A DNA stretch of 36,169 bases from Alphaproteobacteria bacterium (GTDB lineage Bacteria; Pseudomonadota; Alphaproteobacteria; UBA7887). Positions 21,693-29,390 of the stretch are shown here, piece by piece (within the stretch, counting starts at the first letter, position 1; each line of letters opens with the position of its first letter). The notes below the pieces were generated by a model. That model was not told where the DNA came from, made no database searches, and was given only the letters and a program-made list of their open reading frames with translations. The position numbers were made by a program, and so were the translations under genes. The DNA lies in contig JANQOH010000447.1 in the NCBI GenBank assembly GCA_028289725.1, forward strand, positions 1 through 36,169. The letters run 5' to 3'.

Positions 21693-21862
21693 GCGCCTGC
21701 AACCAGAAAGGGAAAGCGCCAACGCCCTATTGCCAGACGCCCAACTTCCGATAAATGGAGTCTGGCGTAAGGTTGACGCAGACCCCTCGATCCCGGCTTC
21801 GATGACTGGATGGCCACGGCAGTGGTCGGGGTTCACGCGGCCAAAATGGATAACACCGGGGC

Positions 21863-22651
21863 ATGGCTGTGCTGATCCAAAGCGTTTCCAAGACCCACCT
21901 TGTCCTTGGCGACAAGGCGCTTGCCGCGCTTGAAGCAAAACCGACCGAAAGTGTCGAAGGCCGCGTCGGCGGACGCACGTTTCAGGCAAGAGTAGCCATT
22001 CCCCACTATGCAGAGAATGTTGCGCGACACTATGCCGACCTTGCACTCGCCGGATTAGAACAGATATGCAACGCTACCGAGGTTGCCCGGCCATTTCGCG
22101 ACTTTGGTTTGTTCTGTACTTTCGACGCTGCGACTGAACTACAGGTTCACGATTCCGACCTAAACCTGGATGAGAACATCCGAACGCTCATTCAGCGCTT
22201 CGGGCCGGTCGTGATCACGAATGCGTATTTGCCCGAACGTGATCGCAAAGCCGACCAAACAAACATATTTCCGCACTTGCAATTTCATTTCGATCGCGGA
22301 CGCAATCAGCCGACCCAGACATCGCTGTTCTATCGTGATCCTTTTGACCCTGTTCAGGCTGCGCCACGCGAGTCATCGACCGTTCACTGCGCAAACATCG
22401 TCGCCCACTTGCAACATGCCAAGGAAACCGGCCAGGCCGCTGAAAGCCTGGCATGGCGCGGCTTCTACAACATATTTGAGGACGAAGACCTAGATAGCCT
22501 TATCGGCAATATATTATTCGAACACCGCTGGGACGGGCCCCAAGGTACGGGCGAGATCGCGGTTTTGTTCAATGGGACCGTCTTGCACGCAAGTTACTAT
22601 CGACGCACAGCGTTGAGGGGATACCCAATCAGTGTGCGCTATCTCAGGTAG
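21863..22651 (+). CDS. hypothetical protein, probable divergent TauD/TfdA-like Fe(II)/2-oxoglutarate oxygenase
   Basis: 262 aa with protein-like composition. Ordered motifs FGPVVITN, FH142-F-D144, SST173V, HRW....GEIAVLFNGTVLH242A, C-terminal Arg. The CDS is fairly secure; the family call is motif-based inference. Confidence 0.65.
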   Translation: MAVLIQSVSKTHLVLGDKALAALEAKPTESVEGRVGGRTFQARVAIPHYAENVARHYADLALAGLEQICNATEVARPFRDFGLFCTFDAATELQVHDSDLNLDENIRTLIQRFGPVVITNAYLPERDRKADQTNIFPHLQFHFDRGRNQPTQTSLFYRDPFDPVQAAPRESSTVHCANIVAHLQHAKETGQAAESLAWRGFYNIFEDEDLDSLIGNILFEHRWDGPQGTGEIAVLFNGTVLHASYYRRTALRGYPISVRYLR

Positions 22652-22770
22652 AACGAAGCCGTTGGCCAGGTTGGCAGACTCGCCGAAATTCCCGGAAATC
22701 CTAGATTCTAAGCGTGGAATTGGTTCCGGAGAGCCGTGCCACCTCGTGCATAGAATTGGGTTACCGAAAT

Positions 22771-23382
22771 ATGCGTCTCTTTAGACGGCCATCGACTCCC
22801 GCCATAACGAACACTGCCCGAACGGAGGCGCGGACTGTCGTCGCGAGCAAAAATGACACCGGTCGCGTGTGCGGCGCACATTGCACCGTAAAGTGTCAGA
22901 AATGTGGATCGGTGGCGTGCCGTTGCGAGTGCACGCCTGACTGCGAACTAGCGTCGCGTGCGCTATCCAGCGAGCCTGACGCGTTTCCGGTTGAGCACCA
23001 TATCGTGCCGTTAGTATACGAACTGAAACGTCTCCGCTCATTCACACCATGTTGGTCGTGCGAAGGCCACAACGACAACACCGGCAAGCTGCACCGAGTA
23101 CCCAGCGTTTGGTTCTATTGCGAGTCCGTCGTTCAGGCGCGCCTTTTGTCAGAAGGCATCGAAAAACTGGCAATCCAAAAACGACTCAACGCGGGTTGGC
23201 ACGTGGTGATCGCCGTCGCCGAACCGGACAATCCGGATACCCTCTACAAGCTGGAACCGGCGATTGAGGTGGGTCGTGACATTAGTCTCGATCAATTGCG
23301 TGCCGACGTTCGAACGATCGCGGACAACTTAAACCACCATGTTCTTGACGCCGCGACAGCGCTGGCCGGACAGCCGGCCTGA
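22771..23382 (+). CDS. hypothetical protein with N-terminal 8-Cys cluster and TYW3/Taw3-like SCxGH motif
   Basis: Cx3Cx3Cx2Cx4CxCxCx3C at 22870-22944, then E..IVPLV..L.....TPCWSCEGH. Stop lies 4 bp from the dctM stop. Start 22771 (ATG) or 22714 (GTG). Confidence 0.6.
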   Translation: MRLFRRPSTPAITNTARTEARTVVASKNDTGRVCGAHCTVKCQKCGSVACRCECTPDCELASRALSSEPDAFPVEHHIVPLVYELKRLRSFTPCWSCEGHNDNTGKLHRVPSVWFYCESVVQARLLSEGIEKLAIQKRLNAGWHVVIAVAEPDNPDTLYKLEPAIEVGRDISLDQLRADVRTIADNLNHHVLDAATALAGQPA

Positions 23383-23386
23383 CCCG

Positions 23387-24778
23387 CTAACCGTAGAACA
23401 CTTTGGGGAGCCAGGTCGCCATTTCGGGAATGGCGGCAATGATGACCAGCATCAAGAGTTGCAACACGACGAACGGTGCGACGCCGCGATAGATGTCGGT
23501 TGTCTTGACGCTGTCGGGCGCCACGCCGCGCAAATAGAACAGCGCGAAACCGAACGGCGGCGTCAGATACGACGCCTGGATGTTGACGGCGATCATGATC
23601 GCGAACCAGACCGGACTGATCCCCTCATACATCAAAATCGCGGGCCCGACGATTGGCACCACGACGAAGACGATTTCAATGAAGTCGAGGAAGAAGCCGA
23701 GGACGAACATCAGCACCATGGTGAGCAACATGGCGCCGAAAACACCGCCCGGCAGATTTAGCAGGAACTCCGCAACGATTTCATCGCCCTCAAAACCGCG
23801 GAACACAAGGCTGAACAATTGCGCGCCAATCAGGATCACGAACACCATGGCCGAGACCTTGGCGGTCGAGCGCATGACGTCGATCAGATTTTCGCGCGTC
23901 AACTGCTTGCGGAACGCGGCGAGGACTAAGGCGCCCATGGCACCGACGCCAGCGGCTTCGGTCGGTGTCGCCAAACCAACCAAGATCGAGCCAAGGACCA
24001 GCACGATCAGCAACAGGGGAGGCAATAAGACCTTCAGCACGCGTCCTGTCATTTCGGCGGGTGGAATGGCCGCGCGCTCCTCCGCGGGAACCGAGGGCAT
24101 GCGTTCCGGGTAGATCGTCGCATAGATGAATTGCCAAAGAATGTAGAGCCCAACCAAGGCGAAACCCGGAATCAGCGCACCAACGAACAAATCAGCGACG
24201 CTGACCGGTTCGGGCGCGAAGTTCCCCGCCGCGAGTTGCGCTTGCTGATAGGCCGCTGAAATCTGGTCGCCAAGCAAGATCAGCACGATTGAAGGCGGAA
24301 TGATCTGGCCCAACGTGCCAGCGGCGCAAATCGATCCGCAGGAGATTGGCGCGGCGTATCCGCGCTTGAGCATGGTCGGGAGCGACAGCAGCCCCATTGT
24401 CACCACCGTCGCCCCGACAATACCTGTCGACGCGGCGAGCAAAGCACCGACAACGCTAACCGCAATGCCGAGGCCGCCGCGCACGCCACTCAAAACAAGC
24501 GCCATGGTGTCGAGCAGCGCCTCGGCGAGCTTCGAACGTTCGAGCATGACGCCCATGAACACGAACAACGGCACGGCGATCAGAAGATCGTTGGTCATGA
24601 TGCCGTAGATCCGGTTCGGCAGCGCCTGGACGAACACCATGTCGAAGACGCCGAACGACGCGCCCAGGAATGCAAAGAGCAACGCCACACCGGATAAGGT
24701 ATAGGCAACCGGAAAACCGAGTAGCAGCGCCCCACACAAAGTGAGGATCATCGCGATGATGTAGAGTTCGTAGGTCAC
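23387..24778 (-). CDS. dctM: TRAP transporter large permease
   Basis: AVPLFVFMG, ASTGIVGA, GTLGQIIPPS, ATPTEAA, LTPPFGFALFYL. GTG start with GGAGG. Confidence 0.95.
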   Translation of the reverse strand: MTYELYIIAMILTLCGALLLGFPVAYTLSGVALLFAFLGASFGVFDMVFVQALPNRIYGIMTNDLLIAVPLFVFMGVMLERSKLAEALLDTMALVLSGVRGGLGIAVSVVGALLAASTGIVGATVVTMGLLSLPTMLKRGYAAPISCGSICAAGTLGQIIPPSIVLILLGDQISAAYQQAQLAAGNFAPEPVSVADLFVGALIPGFALVGLYILWQFIYATIYPERMPSVPAEERAAIPPAEMTGRVLKVLLPPLLLIVLVLGSILVGLATPTEAAGVGAMGALVLAAFRKQLTRENLIDVMRSTAKVSAMVFVILIGAQLFSLVFRGFEGDEIVAEFLLNLPGGVFGAMLLTMVLMFVLGFFLDFIEIVFVVVPIVGPAILMYEGISPVWFAIMIAVNIQASYLTPPFGFALFYLRGVAPDSVKTTDIYRGVAPFVVLQLLMLVIIAAIPEMATWLPKVFYG

Positions 24779-24793
24779 GCCGCCCCTCCCCGG

Positions 24794-25336
24794 CTAAAGC
24801 GCGTGCTCGTGCTCTTCCGGCGGTTTGTGTTCGATACCGCGGAGGGTTGCGACGGAATGAATAATCAGCGAAATGCCCTGCAGAATCATCGTGCCCGCAA
24901 AGATCCAGATGCAGGTCTTGAGGATGTAGACAAAGTGCAGTCCGCGTTCCTCCAACGAACCTTCGAGCTGCTGCCAACTATTCAGCACATAGTCGAGCGA
25001 GAAATAGATGATGACCGCGCTGACCGGAATCAGGAACGCGATTGTCCCGAAGATATCGACCCACGCCTTCGCCCGTTCGCCCATCTTCAGATAGAAGACA
25101 TCGACCCGAACATGTTCGTTGTGGAGCAACGTATAGGCGGCGCAGAGCAGGAACACGAATGAGTGCATGAAGCGCACCGATTCCTGCATCCAAATGAAGC
25201 CGATGTTAAAGCCGTAGCGCAGCACGACGATGACCACCGTCACGACGACCATCACCAAAGTGAACCACGAAATCGCGCGGCCCAGCCGGTCGTTGAAGGC
25301 GTCAATGACGCGCGCCAACCCGAGCAGAAAAGTCAT
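24794..25336 (-). CDS. dctQ: TRAP transporter small permease
   Basis: Four hydrophobic segments, VVLRYGF, QES, EHVRVDVFY. Directly upstream of dctM. Confidence 0.93.
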   Translation of the reverse strand: MTFLLGLARVIDAFNDRLGRAISWFTLVMVVVTVVIVVLRYGFNIGFIWMQESVRFMHSFVFLLCAAYTLLHNEHVRVDVFYLKMGERAKAWVDIFGTIAFLIPVSAVIIYFSLDYVLNSWQQLEGSLEERGLHFVYILKTCIWIFAGTMILQGISLIIHSVATLRGIEHKPPEEHEHAL

Positions 25337-25541
25337 TGCTTAAGGGCCATCCGCAGAATCCCCCGCATCCCTTAACCACCACCGGCGTGCCCACCGGCTA
25401 TGTCCCCCTGAGCCCCGCCTCGCCTCAACCGTGCCATTATTCGGTCAGGTTGAAGTGAACGGCGCTCGCCGCCGAAGTTAGAGAATTCCCAAGCCAAGAC
25501 CAAGCGTTTCCCGCCGGGCACATCGAATTGCCGGCTCCAAT

Positions 25542-25682
25542 ACAAAAAAATTTCGCTCAAAGAACGATTTTTTTGTCGGGCGCCCACAGTCCACTTGGGC
25601 GCATAACTATTTGATATCACGTGATTTTTTGCTCCACTCACGCGACGATGTGAACAAGATTCTTTGACGTTGTGAAAAAGAT
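25542..25682. promoter_or_regulatory. AT-rich control region with inverted, palindromic and direct repeats
   Basis: ACAAAAAAAT (25542-25551) / ATTTTTTTGT (25567-25576); ATCACGTGAT (25616-25625); TGTGAACAAGAT (25649) and TGTGAAAAAGAT (25671), 22 bp apart. Confidence 0.5.
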
Positions 25683-25727
25683 CATCGGGCCTCGGTGAGA
25701 CCCTTCACAGCCCCGTGACCGCGGCCC

Positions 25728-25743
25728 TGGCATAACCGTTTCA
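25728..25743 (+). promoter_or_regulatory. possible sigma54 (-24/-12) promoter, imperfect
   Basis: TGGCATAACCGTTTCA versus consensus TGGCAC-N5-TTGCW. Spacing is right but it has TTTC instead of TTGC. Confidence 0.3.
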
Positions 25744-25802
25744 GCAGACAGACACCAAGGCGGCACAGAGGACGCGCCGCCGACAGAACCGAAAGAGACG
25801 AG

Positions 25803-25895
25803 ATGTTTCACCAGGTCAACACCAGCAAAACCCGGCGCTCTGTATGCCGACGCAGGGTGCGCCCAAGCCGCAAGGAGGGCCTCGTAGAATTATAG
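25803..25895 (+). CDS. candidate 30-aa Arg-rich small protein or leader peptide
   Basis: ATG...TAG, MFHQVNTSKTRRSVCRRRVRPSRKEGLVEL, preceded by purine-rich GAAAGAGACGAG. Too short for the ORF track. Confidence 0.3.
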   Translation: MFHQVNTSKTRRSVCRRRVRPSRKEGLVEL

Positions 25896-25899
25896 GTTT

Positions 25900-26077
25900 C
25901 GCCGGCGAATCCGCCGGACACGGAACTTCGTTGGGGCCGAACGGACTCCCCGCTCGCGCGGTCACTAACGAAGTCGATGCGATCTCCGGTCCGCAGCATC
26001 CCCAGCACCTGCACACCGCGAGCCGGGATCGTCCGCCGCCCCTCCGTCTTCCCAGCGGGGGGGCGGCACGTTTTCTC
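25900..26077 (+). ncRNA. candidate structured small RNA with CU-rich anti-SD loops (5' end uncertain)
   Basis: About 15-bp hairpin 25925-25974, GATGC/GCATC stem 25976-26000, three UCCC motifs, ending in a terminator. No convincing long ORF here. Confidence 0.45.
26035..26077 (+). terminator. intrinsic terminator
   Basis: GCCGCCCCTCCG / CGGGGGGGCGGC 12-bp stem (one G-U), 9-nt loop, followed by ACGTTTTCTC. Confidence 0.7.
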
Positions 26078-26175
26078 AAAAGCAGATTTCTGCTCAATTT
26101 CAGCGCAATGGATAGTTTTCACGCCTCAGACGTTTAGGTATAGTCGCGGCTTCGGACAGCCATGAGCAGAGGCCT

Positions 26176-26895
26176 ATGAGCCAAAGCGTCGACGCCGCCC
26201 TCAAGACTTTATGCAGCGATCCCACCTGTTGTCGGGAGCGCCTTCTCCACACCGCCGGAATTATTTACGCGGAACGCGGCTATGACGCGGCCTCGACGCG
26301 CGAGCTGACCAAGGCCGCCGGGGTCAATCTGGCAGCAATTGCCTATTATTTCGGCGGCAAAGATGGACTGCAGGCCGCCGTTATTGATCACGTGGTGGAA
26401 GAATGCCGCGAGCGCACCTGGGCGGTTTTTGAGCATTTGGACCGATCGATCGACGAAGCCCACGGTGACAAGGAGGCGCTGGCCACCGCTACGGCTTTGT
26501 TCGCCGAATCATTTCTCCGCGCCGCGCTGCCCGTGAACCGGGAAACCTGGTGGGTGACGATTCTGACGCGGGCCATGGGCAGTTTGCCCGAGCCAGAGGC
26601 GCCGCTGTATGAAACGGTCTTCTTGCCCGCACACAAAATACTGCGCCGCTTGGTGACCGCGGCGACTGGTGAGACCGACCCTGATCGCCAGGGAATCGTC
26701 ACCGAAGCGCTGGTCGGTGATTTCCTGACCTTTTGCAAGAACTATTCGGTCGTTCTTCGAAGCCTCGGGTGGGACGACTTCAGCGATCCCCATATCGACC
26801 AAATTGTCGCGGTTGTCGCCCGTCGGATGCAGGCGCGTCTCGGCCTGCCGCAGATACCGCTCGCAGAGCGGTCGGCGAAGCTCGCCGCCGAATAG
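26176..26895 (+). CDS. TetR-family transcriptional regulator, CecR/CerR-like C-terminal domain
   Basis: HTH RERLLHTAGIIYAERGYDAASTRELTKAAGVNLAAIAYYFGGKDGL. C-terminal domain ending LRSLGWDDF resembles the CecR type. Confidence 0.88.
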   Translation: MSQSVDAALKTLCSDPTCCRERLLHTAGIIYAERGYDAASTRELTKAAGVNLAAIAYYFGGKDGLQAAVIDHVVEECRERTWAVFEHLDRSIDEAHGDKEALATATALFAESFLRAALPVNRETWWVTILTRAMGSLPEPEAPLYETVFLPAHKILRRLVTAATGETDPDRQGIVTEALVGDFLTFCKNYSVVLRSLGWDDFSDPHIDQIVAVVARRMQARLGLPQIPLAERSAKLAAE

Positions 26896-26903
26896 AGATT
26901 CGC

Positions 26904-27125
26904 GTGGCCGATCGCCCGCGCCATCACAAACCATTGCCAAAAAGATTCGGCGTCGCCATGACGACCGAAGCTTATGCCAATCTACGGGAACTCGCGGACG
27001 AAAGTTGCCTAGGCAACAACTACGTGCTCACTGTGCTTCTGGAAAACATGGACACGATCATCGACCGCGACGCGTTTCGACGCGCGGTCGAGGACCTCAT
27101 CGAAACGCACCGCAAACCCGACTGA
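26904..27125 (+). CDS. small hypothetical protein (73 aa), ribbon-helix-helix-like
   Basis: GTG 8 bp after the TetR stop gives MADRPRHHKPLPKRFGVAMTTEAYANLRELADESCLGNNYVLTVLLEN...; fills the gap up to the parC stop. Alternative ATG at 26958. Confidence 0.6.
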   Translation: MADRPRHHKPLPKRFGVAMTTEAYANLRELADESCLGNNYVLTVLLENMDTIIDRDAFRRAVEDLIETHRKPD

Positions 27126-27133
27126 AACTCCTC

Positions 27134-29362
27134 CTATAGAAAGCGATTCTGTTTAGAGAAGCCTTTCGGGGCAAGCCGTCCAGCGTTTCCGCGCTTGCCG
27201 ACCCAATCCTCCAACTCGTCGCGCGTAAAGGTGCGAACACGCGACCCCTGTCGACAACTGACTCCGTCCTCAATCGCGAAAACGCGGGCGTCAGAGAGCC
27301 CGCCATCTTTGTATTTTTGGAGCATGACGCCGCGGCCCCGGGTCATCACCGGTAATTCGTCGGCGTTGAACACAAGCAATTTGTGATTGTCGCCGACCAC
27401 CGCGACGCGGTCGCCTTCACCGGGGACACACACCACGGCTTCGACGCCGGCGGCGACATTCAGGACCTGCTTGCCGCCGCGTTTTTGGGCCGTGACTTCG
27501 TCGGTATCCACCAAGAAACCGCGCCCGTCCGTCGCCGCGACCAACAATCTTTGTTTCGGTCGGTAGACCATCAGCGCGACCAAATCGTGTTCATTGCCGA
27601 GCTCGATCATCAGGCGCAAGGGTTCGCCGAAGCCGCGTCCCCCCGGCAAACGATCGCAGGTGATCGTGTAGAAACGGCCATTGGTCGCGAACACCAAAAG
27701 CTTGTCCGTCGATTGGGCGTGAAGCCGCCAGCGGAGGCGGTCCCCCTCTTTGAATTTAACCTCCGCGTCATCCGCAAGGTGGCCGCGTGCCGCGCGAATC
27801 CAGCCTTTTTCGGAACAAATCACGGTGACCGGCTCGCGCTCCACCATCGCTTCGAGCGGCACGATCTCGGCCGTGGGCGCCTCGCCAATTTCGGTGCGCC
27901 GCGCACCAAGTTCGGTCTCTTTGCCGAAGCGGGTACGGACGTCCCTAATCTCCTCCGAAATCCGCTGCCACTGAGCCTTCTCGTTCTTCAACAGCGCCTT
28001 GAGGGTTTTCCGCTCATCGGTCAGATCCGACAGTTCGCTGTGAATCTCGATTTCCTCGAGTTTGCGCAGATTGCGCAGCCGCATGTTGAGGATCGCTTCG
28101 GCCTGAACATCGGTCAGGTCCCAGCGCTTCATCATCACGGATTTCGGTTCATCCTCCTCGCGGATGATCCGGATCACCTCATCAATGTTGAGGTACGCGA
28201 CCAAATATCCGTTGAGAATCTCGAGCCTGCGCTCGATCTGATCGAGCCGATATTTGCTGCGGCGTAGCAGCACCTCGCGGCGATGGTCGAGGAACGCCTG
28301 CAACGCATCGCGCAACGACATCACGCGCGGCGTATTGTCCGCGTCGAGGACATTCAAATTCAACGGCACCCGAACTTCGAACTCGGACACGCGAAACAGC
28401 GACTCCATTAGAGCTTCGGCTTTAACGCTCCGCGAACGCGGCACCAAAACAATGCGAATATCTTCGGCCGATTCATCGACGATATCGGCGAGCCACGGGA
28501 CCTTCTTCGCCGCCATCAAATCCGCGACTTTTTCGATCAAGCGTGCTTTCGGGACTTGATACGGCAGCTCGGTGACCACGATCTGATACTGGCCGTGGCC
28601 GATCTTCTCGACTTGCCATTTTGCCCTAACCCGAAAGGCGCCACGGCCGGTCCGGTAGGCCTCGATCACGGCTTCCCGGGACTCGACCAAGATGCCGCCG
28701 GTCGGCAGGTCCGGCCCGGGCACCATCTCGACCAGCGTCTCAATCCGCGCATTCGGCTTCTTGATCAAGTGCAACGCGGCGTCGCACAGCTCATGCGCAT
28801 TGTGCGGCGGAATTGACGTCGCCATACCAACCGCGATGCCGCTTGCGCCGTTAGCAAGCAAATTCGGAAACGCCGCCGGCAGCACGACCGGCTCGGATTC
28901 TTCACCATCGTACGTGTCGCGGAAATCGACCGTGTCTTGGTCGATCCCTTCCAACAAGGCCTCAGCCACCTCGGTCAACCGCGCTTCTGTGTAGCGCATG
29001 GCCGCCGCGCCGTCGCCGTCGACATTGCCGAAATTGCCTTGGCCATCGACGAGCGGATAGCGCACAGCGAAATCCTGTGCGAGCCGGACCATGGCGTCGT
29101 AGACAGCCGCTTCACCGTGCGGGTGATATTTGCCGATGACGTCCCCGACCACGCGCGCGCATTTCTTGAAACCGGATCGCGGGTCTAGCCGGAGTTGGCG
29201 CATGGCGTACAGAAGGCGCCGGTGAACCGGTTTCAAGCCGTCGCGCACGTCCGGCAGCGACCGCGCCATGATGGTCGACAAGGCATAGGACAGGTATCGC
29301 TCGCTTAAGCTTTCGGCGAGCGGAACCGGGATGATTTCAGCGGCGTCTGATTTTCGTGACAT
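27134..29362 (-). CDS. parC: DNA topoisomerase IV subunit A
   Basis: [40 protein letters not shown] (catalytic Tyr). 742 aa with no GyrA box. Confidence 0.97.
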   Translation of the reverse strand: MSRKSDAAEIIPVPLAESLSERYLSYALSTIMARSLPDVRDGLKPVHRRLLYAMRQLRLDPRSGFKKCARVVGDVIGKYHPHGEAAVYDAMVRLAQDFAVRYPLVDGQGNFGNVDGDGAAAMRYTEARLTEVAEALLEGIDQDTVDFRDTYDGEESEPVVLPAAFPNLLANGASGIAVGMATSIPPHNAHELCDAALHLIKKPNARIETLVEMVPGPDLPTGGILVESREAVIEAYRTGRGAFRVRAKWQVEKIGHGQYQIVVTELPYQVPKARLIEKVADLMAAKKVPWLADIVDESAEDIRIVLVPRSRSVKAEALMESLFRVSEFEVRVPLNLNVLDADNTPRVMSLRDALQAFLDHRREVLLRRSKYRLDQIERRLEILNGYLVAYLNIDEVIRIIREEDEPKSVMMKRWDLTDVQAEAILNMRLRNLRKLEEIEIHSELSDLTDERKTLKALLKNEKAQWQRISEEIRDVRTRFGKETELGARRTEIGEAPTAEIVPLEAMVEREPVTVICSEKGWIRAARGHLADDAEVKFKEGDRLRWRLHAQSTDKLLVFATNGRFYTITCDRLPGGRGFGEPLRLMIELGNEHDLVALMVYRPKQRLLVAATDGRGFLVDTDEVTAQKRGGKQVLNVAAGVEAVVCVPGEGDRVAVVGDNHKLLVFNADELPVMTRGRGVMLQKYKDGGLSDARVFAIEDGVSCRQGSRVRTFTRDELEDWVGKRGNAGRLAPKGFSKQNRFL

Positions 29363-29390
29363 TTCGTTTAATTAGCATAGCTATTTCGCG

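Noticed and set aside
20661-22046. 461-aa minus-strand ORF, and similar long antisense or alternate-frame ORFs (881-1843, 2035-2970, 6477-7466, 15350-16780, 18790-19707, 27383-28267)
   Set aside because: They overlap well-supported genes and carry no motifs; long shadow ORFs are expected in high-GC coding DNA.
21693-23386. Mobile-element boundaries around the two-gene cassette
   Set aside because: No transposase, integrase, tRNA, terminal inverted repeat or target duplication seen; only lower GC suggests acquisition.
25420-25440. TGGCAC on the minus strand upstream of dctQ as a sigma54 promoter
   Set aside because: Reads TGGCACGGTTGAGG; spacing to a -12 element is wrong and there is no TTGC.
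25808-26137. 60-104 aa ORFs on both strands in the dctQ-TetR gap
   Set aside because: No recognisable motifs, and the longer ones run through the strong terminator hairpin; an RNA element plus short ORF explains the region better.
25337-26175. Housekeeping RNA or known riboswitch (permuted tmRNA, RNase P, SRP, cobalamin, glycine) in the large gap
   Set aside because: No tag-peptide reading frame, RNase P or SRP signature, or riboswitch core motif was found by eye. An Rfam scan is still needed.
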